A stretch of DNA of 63,850 nucleotides, the filler included. It is 4 parts of 4 records of this genome, joined end to end, with 100 filler letters (N's around TTAATTAATTAA, not from the genome) between each part and the next. Parts side by side here need not be neighbours in the genome. Positions count along the whole stretch, not along the records: positions 5,923 to 14,838 come from SRR20825006_1685; positions 14,939 to 43,143 come from SRR20825006_1687; 2 more parts are not named here. The stretch is one strand, 5' to 3'. The notes beneath the pieces were generated by a model. The model saw only the letters and a list, made by a program, of their open reading frames with translations. It was not told where the DNA came from and did no database searches. Shown in pieces: positions 10,350-19,305 of the stretch (the stretch's first letter is position 1; each line of letters begins with the position of its first letter). Made by a program: the position numbers and the translations under genes.

Positions 10350-11342
10350 TTGAAGATTGCAGTTGTCATATTAAATTGGAACGGTAGAGCGCTCTTAGAA
10401 AAGTTCTTACCATCTGTTGTTAATTTCTCTAAAGAAGCAACTGTGTATGTGGCAGATAATGCCTCGACAGATGATTCTGTCTTATTGATAACTTCACTAT
10501 TCCCTTCAGTAAAAATAATACAGAATGCTGTTAATGGCGGTTATGCTAAAGGGTATAATGATGCTTTAAAACATCTTAACGAAGATATCCTTATTCTATT
10601 AAATAGTGATGTAGAAGTGACAGAACATTGGCTCACTCCTATTTTAACTTGTTTTAAAAGCAACCCTAACGTAGCAGCGGTACAACCAAAGATATTAGAT
10701 TATAAAGATAAATCTTACTTTGAATATGCAGGTGCAGCTGGTGGTTATATTGATGCTTTAGGTTATCCCTATTGTAGAGGTCGTATTTTTAATAGCTTAG
10801 AAAAAGACCACGGACAATACAATGACACTAAAGAAATATTTTGGGCAAGCGGCGCTTGCCTTGCAATTAAAAATGATGCATTTCATGAGGTAGGCGCTTT
10901 AGATGAAGACTTTTTTGCTCACCAAGAAGAAATTGATTTATGCTGGCGCATTAAAAATGCAGGATATTACATAGTTTATACTGGGCAAAGCACTGTATAT
11001 CATGTTGGTGGTGCTACATTAAACAGTATGAATCCTAAGAAAACATTCTTTAACTTTAGGAATACCTTATTTGCCCTAATTAAAAACGTTGCTGGCCCTA
11101 AAGTTTATGGCTTCATCTTAATTCGTTTAATTTTAGATGGGATTGCAGGATTTAAATTTCTACTTGAAAAAAAACCAAAACATTTTATTGCTATTCTTAA
11201 AGCACACGGTAGCTTTTATGCCCAACTACCAAAATTTTTAAAGAAACGAAAGGCATTAAAAAGTAGTATTAAATATCATCAAATTAACTCGGTAGTTTAC
11301 AAACACTTTATTCTGAAAAAACAATCCTTTAAGGAACTATAA
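10350..11342 (+). CDS. Glycosyltransferase family 2 (WbbL/rhamnosyltransferase-like)
   Basis: 'VILNWNG', 'VADNASTD', 'LLNSD', 'WASGAC', 'AHQEEIDLCWR'. Confidence 0.9.
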   Translation: MKIAVVILNWNGRALLEKFLPSVVNFSKEATVYVADNASTDDSVLLITSLFPSVKIIQNAVNGGYAKGYNDALKHLNEDILILLNSDVEVTEHWLTPILTCFKSNPNVAAVQPKILDYKDKSYFEYAGAAGGYIDALGYPYCRGRIFNSLEKDHGQYNDTKEIFWASGACLAIKNDAFHEVGALDEDFFAHQEEIDLCWRIKNAGYYIVYTGQSTVYHVGGATLNSMNPKKTFFNFRNTLFALIKNVAGPKVYGFILIRLILDGIAGFKFLLEKKPKHFIAILKAHGSFYAQLPKFLKKRKALKSSIKYHQINSVVYKHFILKKQSFKEL

Positions 11343-11391
11343 TCTTTACTTAAAGTATTGTTAATACTAAGAAAGTCGGCATTCTTTTTGA

Positions 11392-11399
11392 TAATTTTG
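11392..11399 (+). promoter_or_regulatory. Bacteroidota sigma-A -7 element (TAnnTTTG)
   Basis: TAATTTTG about 28 nt upstream of the OmpA/MotB start. Confidence 0.45.
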
Positions 11400-11426
11400 A
11401 TGTACAAATAACGAATTAAAACAATT

Positions 11427-12287
11427 ATGAAAAAAATAATGATTATTGCTGCATCTGCAGCGGTTTTATTGTCTTCTTGTGTTTCTCAGAAGAAATATGC
11501 TGATTTAGAAGCTCAGCAACAGGAAACTCAAGACAGGTTAAATACGGCTACCGTAAAATTAAACTCTTGTTTAGAAGAAAAAGCTGGAGCAACTGCTAAG
11601 GCAAATGCTTTAGAAGATCAGGTAGCAGACTTAAGAAGAACTAATGCAGATCTTATTGAAACAAAAGGTAACTTAACTACCTTGACAACTAAAGGTGCTA
11701 CAAACCTTGAAAAATCTTTAGAATCTTTAAAAGAAAAAGATTTACAGATTAAAACGTTACGTGATGCTGTTACAAGAAAAGATTCTGTAACTCTTGCATT
11801 AGTAACAAGCTTAAAAGGTGCTTTAGGTAATATGGCAGATGAAGACATTGAAATTAATGTTGAAAAAGGTGTTGTATATGTATCTATCTCAGATAAATTA
11901 TTATTTAAAAGTGGTAGCTACAACGTAACTAGCCGTGCTAAAGAAGTTTTAGGTAAAGTTGCTACAGTTGTAAATGCTAAACCAGATATTGAATTTATGG
12001 TAGAAGGTCATACAGACAATGTGCCAATTAAGAATGCTGTTTTAGAAGACAACTGGGATTTAAGTGCTAAACGTGCAACAAGTGTTGTAAGAATTTTACA
12101 AGACGAGTATGGTGTGCCACCTCAGCGTATGACAGCTGCAGGGCGTAGCTACTACATTCCTGTTGCTAGTAATGACACTGCAGAAGGTAGAGCTAAAAAC
12201 AGAAGAACTCGTATTGTAGTACTTCCTAAATTAGACCAATTTTACAGTATGGTAAAAGAAGGTATGGATGAAGCTTCTAAGAAGTAA
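11427..12287 (+). CDS. OmpA/MotB-domain lipoprotein with coiled coil
   Basis: Lipobox LSSC; 'VEGHTDNVP', 'NWDLSAKRA', 'NRRTRIV' peptidoglycan-binding motifs. Confidence 0.92.
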   Translation: MKKIMIIAASAAVLLSSCVSQKKYADLEAQQQETQDRLNTATVKLNSCLEEKAGATAKANALEDQVADLRRTNADLIETKGNLTTLTTKGATNLEKSLESLKEKDLQIKTLRDAVTRKDSVTLALVTSLKGALGNMADEDIEINVEKGVVYVSISDKLLFKSGSYNVTSRAKEVLGKVATVVNAKPDIEFMVEGHTDNVPIKNAVLEDNWDLSAKRATSVVRILQDEYGVPPQRMTAAGRSYYIPVASNDTAEGRAKNRRTRIVVLPKLDQFYSMVKEGMDEASKK

Positions 12288-12307
12288 TTCTAAATCCTAA
12301 TATTATT

Positions 12308-12341
12308 AAAACCGACTCATTAATTTGAGTCGGTTTTTTTT
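12308..12341 (+). terminator. Rho-independent terminator
   Basis: AAAACCGACTCA-ttaatt-TGAGTCGGTTTT followed by a T run, downstream of the ompA-like gene. Confidence 0.85.
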
Positions 12342-12498
12342 ATGCTATAATATTTATGTTTAAGATTTAATGCTAATTTAAGTGTAACTAATGTTGTTAA
12401 ACTTAAAATACTAAGAGACAGTAATTAGGTATTTAAAGTTGAATCAAGGCTCTATAAAACATTACTTGTATATTTAAAACCAATAATAATTAAGGTAT

Positions 12499-12537
12499 AA
12501 AAAAAGCCGATAGAGCATATTCTCTATCGGCTTTTTT
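12499..12537 (-). terminator. Rho-independent (bidirectional) terminator
   Basis: A7-GCCGATAGAG-catatt-CTCTATCGGC-T6, just past the stop of 12555..13661. Confidence 0.85.
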
Positions 12538-12554
12538 AAAATTATAGGTAAAAC

Positions 12555-13661
12555 TTAAAAGCTTACATCTATAACAAATTCTCCGCTTGTAATTACTATT
12601 ACATCTTCTGGGTCACCATCATTAACGACATCAAAATTAAATGATCCTGTAACTACATCATTTTCTACATTTGTAATAACAATGCTTCCACTATTTTCAA
12701 CTCCTGTATAATCCACATCATTTTCTGTATACGTGGCACTATAAATTTCTGGAGTAGCAGCTAAATCATAAGTTCCTTCTGTAATGTTATCTGGGAAAAT
12801 AATTCGGATCTGTCTTCCCATATCATCATCAAAAGTCACCTGTATTGTTTCTTGTACAAATACTACTGGAAATAAACTTGCATTAAATCCTGCACCATCT
12901 ATTGTTGCTGTACAGCTGTTTACTGGTTCTTCTACAGAAAATTCAATATTTTGAAAAATTCCATTTTCTACAGTAATTGTAGACTCTGTAAAAAATTCCT
13001 GCATTACACCAGAAAAACTACCTCCAGCTATATTTGTATTAGTATTATACGTACTTAATGTAAGTGATCCAGAAATAGCAAAGAAAACGTCAGACTCTTC
13101 ATTTGAAATATCTGTATCATAAAGTAATATAGCTTGATCTGGGTCAGATAGATCATATGTAGTGCCTTGTACTGGGTTAAATATTTGGAATCCTGCTTGT
13201 CTTGTTCCTACTGTTGCATCAACTAACAATCCGTCTTCATTGCTAACGGCAGAAATTGAAACACCTTCAAAAGCATCTCCATCTACAATATCAAAATCGA
13301 AGATTCCAGATGTATTTCCACCACCACCAACAAAGGCAGAGCAGTCTTCAATACTATCTAATAATTGTTGTAAAACACCTGTTTCATCTCCACAAGATGT
13401 AATTTGTTGTTCAATAGCTAAGCTATAAGTGTTACAAAGTTGATCTACATTTTCTGTTGTAGCATCAGAAAGAGCAAGTCCTGCAGAAACAGTTGCCTGT
13501 GCTGCTTGCTCACAGGTAAGATTTGCGCCGCCACTAGCTGCAAATTCTCCTTCTAAAGGTTCATTCTCGCAAGCTGAAAAGCTAACTACAATTAGGGCAA
13601 TAAAAATACATTTTAAGTTAAGTAGGTGTTTCATCATATGTTTTTTAGTCATAACAAACAT
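12555..13661 (-). CDS. Acidic lipoprotein with two DUF6252-like beta domains
   Basis: Lipobox FSAC, a Cys-containing N-terminal helical part, and two repeats of 'GS(L/I).(L/I)(S/T)...G.F...I..G.F'. Confidence 0.7.
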   Translation of the reverse strand: MFVMTKKHMMKHLLNLKCIFIALIVVSFSACENEPLEGEFAASGGANLTCEQAAQATVSAGLALSDATTENVDQLCNTYSLAIEQQITSCGDETGVLQQLLDSIEDCSAFVGGGGNTSGIFDFDIVDGDAFEGVSISAVSNEDGLLVDATVGTRQAGFQIFNPVQGTTYDLSDPDQAILLYDTDISNEESDVFFAISGSLTLSTYNTNTNIAGGSFSGVMQEFFTESTITVENGIFQNIEFSVEEPVNSCTATIDGAGFNASLFPVVFVQETIQVTFDDDMGRQIRIIFPDNITEGTYDLAATPEIYSATYTENDVDYTGVENSGSIVITNVENDVVTGSFNFDVVNDGDPEDVIVITSGEFVIDVSF

Positions 13662-13682
13662 AATTAAAAAATATTAAGATGA

Positions 13683-14838
13683 TTATCCCAAAGCTTTAGG
13701 AATTCTTAAAAGCAAAATAATACCAATTAGAAAATATACAGTTAATGTAATAATGGAATACCTAATATCTCCAGTAAGCTCAGCAATAAAACCATAAGAG
13801 AACATTCCTATCACGATTCCTATTTTCTCTGAAACATCATAAAAACTAAAGTATGATGCTGTATCTATAGCGTGTTTTGGAAGCAACTTTGAGTACGTAG
13901 ATCTAGATAAACTTTGTACGCCACCCATTACAAGACCAACACAAGCTGCTGCAACATAAAATTGATTTGGAGTAGTTACTGTATATGCATATATACAAAT
14001 TGCCATCCATATAATATTTATTACAATTAATGTTGGGATATTACCAAATTTACCTGAGGCTCTAGACGTTAACGTAGCACCAACTACAGCTACTAATTGT
14101 ATAAGTAGAATACTAATTATTAATCCTGTTGTAGAGTTTTGTTCTCCCCAATCTAATTCTTCAATTCCAAAATAGGTGGCTACTAACATTATTGTCTGCA
14201 CAGCCATACTATAAACAAAAAAAGCGCCTAAAAATCGTTTTAATCTTATGTTATCTCCAAGTTTAATCCAAATGTGTTTTAGTTCTTTAAAACCATTAAA
14301 TAACACACCTCTAGTTAATTTTTTTTCAGCCTTATTCCCTTTGGGTAAGTATTTATAGGTGTATTGGCTAAATCCTATCCACCAAACTCCAGTAAGAACA
14401 AAAGATAATCGGGTAGGTAAGCCTTCATCTTCAAATCCAAATGTGTCGTAAAACATTATCATTGCTAAACAAATAACTAATAATATAACACTACCTATAT
14501 AACCTAATGAAAAGCCTTTAGCACTAATTTTATCTTGTTGTTCTGGAAAAGCGATGTCTGGTAGGTATGAATTGTAAAATACTAAACTTGCCCAAAATCC
14601 TATTAAAGCCAAAAAGTAACATAAAAAACCAAACCACAGATAATCTATATTAAACCAAAACAAACCTATACAGGATATAGCGCCTAAATAGCAAAAGAAT
14701 TTTAAAAAAGATTTCTTATTCCCTACATAATCGGCAATACCACTTAGAAACGGACTTAAGAAGGATACCACTAAAAAAGCTAATGCAGTAATATAACTTA
14801 TTAGACTATCGTTATTAAAATTGATGCCTAAAAAGGTA
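13683..14838 (-). CDS. MFS transporter (UMF1/ATG22 family), 5' part lost at the contig end
   Basis: 'SLVFYNSYLPDIA', 'ISAKGFSLGYIGS', 'GGVQSLSRS', 'YFSFYD'. Confidence 0.88.
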
Positions 14839-14938
14839 NNNNNNNNNNNNNNNNNNNNNNNNNNNNNNNNNNNNNNNNNNNNTTAATTAATTAANNNNNN
14901 NNNNNNNNNNNNNNNNNNNNNNNNNNNNNNNNNNNNNN
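14839..14938. other. Artificial contig spacer
   Basis: N44-TTAATTAATTAA-N44. Confidence 0.98.
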
Positions 14939-14975
14939 CCCGGAGCAGCCCGACCCGCAGGGTTCGCCCAACACC

Positions 14976-15002
14976 CACTCGGAAAGTGTAGGGATTAAGA
15001 GA
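14976..15002 (+). repeat. 27-bp direct repeat copy 1 (inverted extended iteron)
   Basis: CACTCGGAAAGTGTAGGGATTAAGAGA, identical to 16377..16403; its reverse complement contains the oriV iteron CCTACACTTTCCGAG. Confidence 0.92.
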
Positions 15003-15238
15003 CTTGAGCCAACCAAATTGGATCTTGCAGTGCTTTACTGCATTGCCAGAAGCGGTTCCGTTGTGCGACCAACTTCCTCACCTGCAAAGTCACCTTTTAT
15101 CTGCCCGAGCTGCAGGATTCGAACAATAACGGCGTTAACTCATCGTAATATCAGTGCCACTTACATGGTCTAGGCTGAGATTGATCGCGAGAATTGTGCA
15201 GTTCGTGAACAATCAAGCGTCAATCAAGGAGAAAGACC

Positions 15239-15961
15239 ATGAAGGAGCTTAAACAGGGATTCCTTTTCTCGGCACTGGCCGCATTTTCCATGACTTCTAT
15301 GGGCATTAATGCTTCAGAAGCAACGACGGAACGTAAAGTACTAATCGATGATCGCTATGGTGGTCAACACCAGCTCACGCAGAAGGTTTATGACCAAGGA
15401 GACGGGTTCTATACGTTTGCCAGAGACGGAAGACCTGAGAAGTTGGTTGAAATTCACAGGAATATTTGCGAGGAAGCAGGTGGTGAGGACGTCTTTGGAA
15501 AAGGCACAATTATGGCGTCTGATGCCGTCCAGGACGTGGCAGTTTGTAAGATCACCGATCCAAAAGCTATGGAAAAAATAACGAGAGAAAATCCTGGAAA
15601 CAGGGTCTCAGCTGGAAAGCCAACCGGACAGGACACGAAGAGCGCGGTCACAACGAGTGGATTGTATTGGCCTCCCGCATTGAATCTTATCCCGCCCAAT
15701 CGAGACGTCCCGGTAAATATCAATTATCGACTCAAGGGATATGTTGAATACTATACAGACGATGGCGGATTCTATAGCAACTCGATGCAGGCCGATCAGT
15801 GCAGCATCAGTCGATCGGGCACTGTTGGCAGCGATACCAAAGGTACACTCTACATAAATGTACTTTGCGTATCGCATAACTCTGGCACCTGGCCCGTTTA
15901 TCTGACGTCTACTATTCCAGGGCTGACGGCCCAGGCTGTTGGAGAAATAAGGGCCCAGTAG
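15239..15961 (+). CDS. Hypothetical secreted protein (two Cys-pair domains)
   Basis: AAGGAG RBS, signal peptide, 240 aa, four Cys. Confidence 0.75.
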   Translation: MKELKQGFLFSALAAFSMTSMGINASEATTERKVLIDDRYGGQHQLTQKVYDQGDGFYTFARDGRPEKLVEIHRNICEEAGGEDVFGKGTIMASDAVQDVAVCKITDPKAMEKITRENPGNRVSAGKPTGQDTKSAVTTSGLYWPPALNLIPPNRDVPVNINYRLKGYVEYYTDDGGFYSNSMQADQCSISRSGTVGSDTKGTLYINVLCVSHNSGTWPVYLTSTIPGLTAQAVGEIRAQ

Positions 15962-16032
15962 AGTACGTGTGAAAGTCAGTTGTCACAGGGGCAGCTGACT
16001 GCCCCTGTGTCAGATAAAAGAAGGTCTTGAAG

Positions 16033-16362
16033 ATGCTAACCAAAAGCATACCCATACTTATCGTGGCCACGGCATTCCTGGGCTTTTCAGGAACATCTAT
16101 AGGTTCGACTACTGTTGACGTGGAAAACACCATCCAGGATGAAAGTGGGCGGTCAATCACCGTCACGATGTCAGTACGGAAAAATAATGACGGCACCTAC
16201 ACGATAACCAGCATCGAACCAGAACAAGAGGCCAAGGTGTTTTTTGATCGCGCATGCAGGGAAGAGTTTGGCCCTAATACGCAGTGGGCGGATGTTGACA
16301 AGGACGAAGTGAAAATCTCAAATCCTGCAAGCTACACCTATAGCTGTCACAGCCAGAATTAG
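16033..16362 (+). CDS. Hypothetical small secreted protein, apparent paralog of the N-terminal domain of 15239..15961
   Basis: Signal peptide, two Cys, shared D..G.....T..V....DG.YT...PE...C.E..G pattern. Confidence 0.7.
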   Translation: MLTKSIPILIVATAFLGFSGTSIGSTTVDVENTIQDESGRSITVTMSVRKNNDGTYTITSIEPEQEAKVFFDRACREEFGPNTQWADVDKDEVKISNPASYTYSCHSQN

Positions 16363-16376
16363 ACGGGTTGGATGCT

Positions 16377-16403
16377 CACTCGGAAAGTGTAGGGATTAAG
16401 AGA
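16377..16403 (+). repeat. 27-bp direct repeat copy 2 (inverted extended iteron)
   Basis: Identical to 14976..15002. Confidence 0.92.
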
Positions 16404-16555
16404 TCTCCTACAGAAGGGTCGAGAAATCCATGTGATAATCAGTCTGCGTTTTTCTTGGACAACTAACGCACCGCCGGCAGGGATGCCAGGCAAGCGCGAC
16501 ACCTGCCCAGTGGTGTGACGCCAGGGAGAGCTACCTGGACCAACCAGGAGCGCCT

Positions 16556-17215
16556 ATGTGCGGTCGATACGTCTTGCACACACCAGCCAGTTTCATCGCC
16601 AAAAACTACTGGAACCATCAAATGCCAGTCGGCGACCTGGTGGCCCGTTACAACATCGCTCCAGGATCACAAATACTTTCCGATCGTCTAGTTGAACCTG
16701 ACCAACCATCTTTTGATCTGGCGTACTGGGGCTTTAAGCCAGCCTGGGCAGGTAAGGGTGCGCCGAAACCAATCAATGCCCGCATCGAATCACTGAACTC
16801 ACGGTACTTTCGAGAGGCGTTCCAGAAACACCGCTGTGTGATACCGGCAAGCGGCTGGTACGAATGGAAAACCACCCCAGAAGGCAAACAACCCTTTTAC
16901 ATAACTTGTCCGGAACTGGGCCGGGAAGAAGCATTGATGATCGCCGGTATCTATACGCCTGCGCCCAAAGGAACAGGCGTTCAAGTAGCGATCATTACCG
17001 AACCTGCTGCCAGCAAGATTGACCATATCCATAATCGCCAACCAGTATTGATAGACCCGGATTCCCTGAATGACTGGCTTGACCCTCATACTGGCGACCT
17101 GAAAGGCCGAATCAACCGCACGGACCCGGAAAGTCTGGCTTATTGGAAGGTTTCGAAGGCAGTCAACAAACCAGGGGAGAACGACCCCCATTTGATCGAG
17201 CCCATATCACAATAG
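16556..17215 (+). CDS. yedK: SOS response-associated peptidase (SRAP/HMCES, abasic-site crosslinking protein)
   Basis: N-terminal MCGRY, 'RYNIAP', 'INARIES', 'RCVIPASGWYEW', 'IHNRQP'; AGGAG RBS. Confidence 0.93.
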   Translation: MCGRYVLHTPASFIAKNYWNHQMPVGDLVARYNIAPGSQILSDRLVEPDQPSFDLAYWGFKPAWAGKGAPKPINARIESLNSRYFREAFQKHRCVIPASGWYEWKTTPEGKQPFYITCPELGREEALMIAGIYTPAPKGTGVQVAIITEPAASKIDHIHNRQPVLIDPDSLNDWLDPHTGDLKGRINRTDPESLAYWKVSKAVNKPGENDPHLIEPISQ

Positions 17216-17233
17216 CTTAAAGCCAGATCCATC

Positions 17234-17794
17234 ATGAGAGCAGCTAACTTAGACGACACACACGTAAAAGAATTCTGCGCAGAAATCAGCCCACACCGGA
17301 AGCCATTAACCGTCCGCTGCGCCCCTCAGAATCAGTCTCCCTACAACGAGTGTTTTGGACTGGTTGACGAGAAGATCACTGAGTCAGGCGGCAAACAGAT
17401 TATCGGGTGGGCTATTTGGGAAAAAACTGGCGTCTTCATAGAGGCCGAGTTTCACGCGGTTTGGGAGACGACCGAAGGAAATTTACTCGATCTAAACCCA
17501 AGGCCGCCACAGTTCTGCATCGAATCCATTCTGTTTGTTCCTGACGCCAACAAAACATACTCCGGAAGGCAGGTCGACAACATCCGAAAACCCCTGGTAT
17601 CAGATCCCGACGTTGTTCGCTTTCTCTATCTCGCCAGTAAACGGTTTCAGCTACTTAATCGCGGGGACCGCGCCTACCAGCACGGTAAAATTCAACTAAA
17701 GAACCGGGAGGCAAAGGAGTATCAAAGAATTAGCATCGAGGCCAGACGGTTGAACCAGAAAATCAACAAACGGTATGGTTTTAGCAGTTTCTAG
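17234..17794 (+). CDS. Hypothetical protein, possible Cys-His-Asp (papain/transglutaminase-like) fold
   Basis: 186 aa with 'NECF', 'GWAIWE', 'EAEFHAVW', 'LLDLNP'. Confidence 0.6.
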   Translation: MRAANLDDTHVKEFCAEISPHRKPLTVRCAPQNQSPYNECFGLVDEKITESGGKQIIGWAIWEKTGVFIEAEFHAVWETTEGNLLDLNPRPPQFCIESILFVPDANKTYSGRQVDNIRKPLVSDPDVVRFLYLASKRFQLLNRGDRAYQHGKIQLKNREAKEYQRISIEARRLNQKINKRYGFSSF

Positions 17795-17841
17795 CTCATT
17801 ACTCTTTTTCTGTGGCCAACGCCTGTACGGAGACAAACTGA

Positions 17842-18041
17842 ATGTCTGGATATGCTCTCGCGACCATGGAAGATAAGGTTCGCTGGTATCAGTACGATAT
17901 CACCCGCATTGAACCTGGCGCATACTCCATAATCGATACACTGGATCTAAAGACAGTGCCCCTCTGCCATAATAAAGCCTACGCAAAAAAGTGGCCGCAA
18001 CGCTCGGCCTGAAGAGCTGGCGTTACGTCAAGATCGGATAG
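17842..18041 (+). pseudogene. Small hypothetical gene frameshifted at an A6 run (or sequencing error)
   Basis: GGAG RBS, ATG at 17842. One extra A at 17985-17990 gives a 66-aa product ending AKKVAATLGLKSWRYVKIG. Confidence 0.4.
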
Positions 18042-18054
18042 CTAGCAAGGGGCC

Positions 18055-18189
18055 TTACCGGTGCCTTCGGCTTACGGGGTTTTCTTTGGTGGCACCGCAG
18101 TCTGCGCAGATCCAACTATAAAGCGTTTCGGTGACAAACCTGCTCCCACACGCAGGGCATTGGTTTTGATTCTCTGTATTTTGTTTCAT
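18055..18189 (-). CDS. 44-aa zinc-ribbon protein
   Basis: GGGGAG RBS, ATG at 18189, CPAC...CADC. Confidence 0.55.
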   Translation of the reverse strand: MKQNTENQNQCPACGSRFVTETLYSWICADCGATKENPVSRRHR

Positions 18190-18217
18190 GCAAACTCCCC
18201 CATACCTTAAATACCCT

Positions 18218-19219
18218 TTACTGTTTACGGGAAGGTGTCTTGGCCCCAGATTTTTTCTCGTCGACAACCGAAACCCTCTTCATCAGATTATTCAACTGTT
18301 CCTTAAATTGCTTTGACTCCGTCTCGAATTGGATGGCGCGCCGCCCGATTTCCTTACTGTCCTCGATGGCGGTGCGACATTCCTGTTCAGCCTGCTCGGC
18401 GCGGCGCAAGGCAGATGCCTCTCGCTCAGCCTGGCTGGCGAGCTGGGCCTTTAGCTCAGCTCGGGTTTCCGACAGGTTTTCTCTTTCCTGCTGCAAGCTG
18501 TCTACCTTCTCCTGCAGCTTCCCAATTTGCCCCTGCATCCGCTCCCGCTCGGCCTTCGCCTCGACCTTATCCTGCTTCAGCTCTTTATTGCGGTCTTGCA
18601 GCTCGACCAGGGCTTTCTCAGCGGTCTCTCGCTGCTCTTTCTCTCCGTCCAGTTTTTCCCGGTACACCGCCACTTCCCGTTCCAGCTCACTGATCCGGCT
18701 CCGGTCTTGATTCGCCCTCTCGTCAGCTGATACCAGCTTGCGCTCGTGGCTTTCCCGGACCTCCTGCACACTGTCCAGCTGGCGCTCCAAATCCTCAACC
18801 GTGGCTGCCGCATCGGCCAGCTCGGCCTCGGCCTGCTCCTGCGTTTCCCGGGCACTGGCCATGACGTCCGATACTCGACGTTCTGCTGTCTGCACGGCCA
18901 TGGTATTTAGCCGGATAGCCATGGCATTGATCTGGTCCGACAGTCCCGTCGTGACTTCCTTTAGCAGTTCCTCGACCTCCACCGGCAGATCCTGAACCGG
19001 CTCAGATTCGACCACTTCCTGCTGTCGCACATACGCCATCCAGGTTCGCGATAGGCGGTTGGGATCACCACCACCCACCTCCCGGCGCAGGGCATAGCCT
19101 GTTACTCGCCTACCAGCCTCCTGCAGCTTGTGCCCTGCGGCTATCACCTGGTCGTCATTGTACTCAGTGGGTCTCCCAGTGCGGGCGCTGGTTTCGGCGG
19201 TATCGGTCAACTCATTCAT
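18218..19219 (-). CDS. kfrA: KfrA-family DNA-binding coiled-coil protein
   Basis: KfrA_N-like 'VIAAG..L...GRRVT...LRREVGGG...RL...W', then a long heptad coiled coil; GGGGAG RBS before ATG 19219. Confidence 0.82.
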   Translation of the reverse strand: MNELTDTAETSARTGRPTEYNDDQVIAAGHKLQEAGRRVTGYALRREVGGGDPNRLSRTWMAYVRQQEVVESEPVQDLPVEVEELLKEVTTGLSDQINAMAIRLNTMAVQTAERRVSDVMASARETQEQAEAELADAAATVEDLERQLDSVQEVRESHERKLVSADERANQDRSRISELEREVAVYREKLDGEKEQRETAEKALVELQDRNKELKQDKVEAKAERERMQGQIGKLQEKVDSLQQERENLSETRAELKAQLASQAEREASALRRAEQAEQECRTAIEDSKEIGRRAIQFETESKQFKEQLNNLMKRVSVVDEKKSGAKTPSRKQ

Positions 19220-19269
19220 CAGAAAACTCCCCAGTTTGTCCATCCATACCATCAGTATAGCATAAATAA

Positions 19270-19305
19270 AAAGAAAGAAACAAAGAAAGTAACAAAGAAA
19301 GAAAT
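19270..19305. repeat. Three tandem 12-bp repeats over the kfrA promoter (candidate operator)
   Basis: AAAGAAAGAAAC/AAAGAAAGTAAC/AAAGAAAGAAAT, next to TGcTATACT on the minus strand. Confidence 0.65.

Noticed and set aside
16404-16555. LexA box upstream of the SRAP gene
   Set aside because: No CTG-N10-CAG match found by eye.
18240-18995. Several overlapping + strand ORFs within kfrA (likewise antisense ORFs throughout the tra region)
   Set aside because: These are shadow ORFs of GC-rich coding sequence, without RBS or recognisable motifs.
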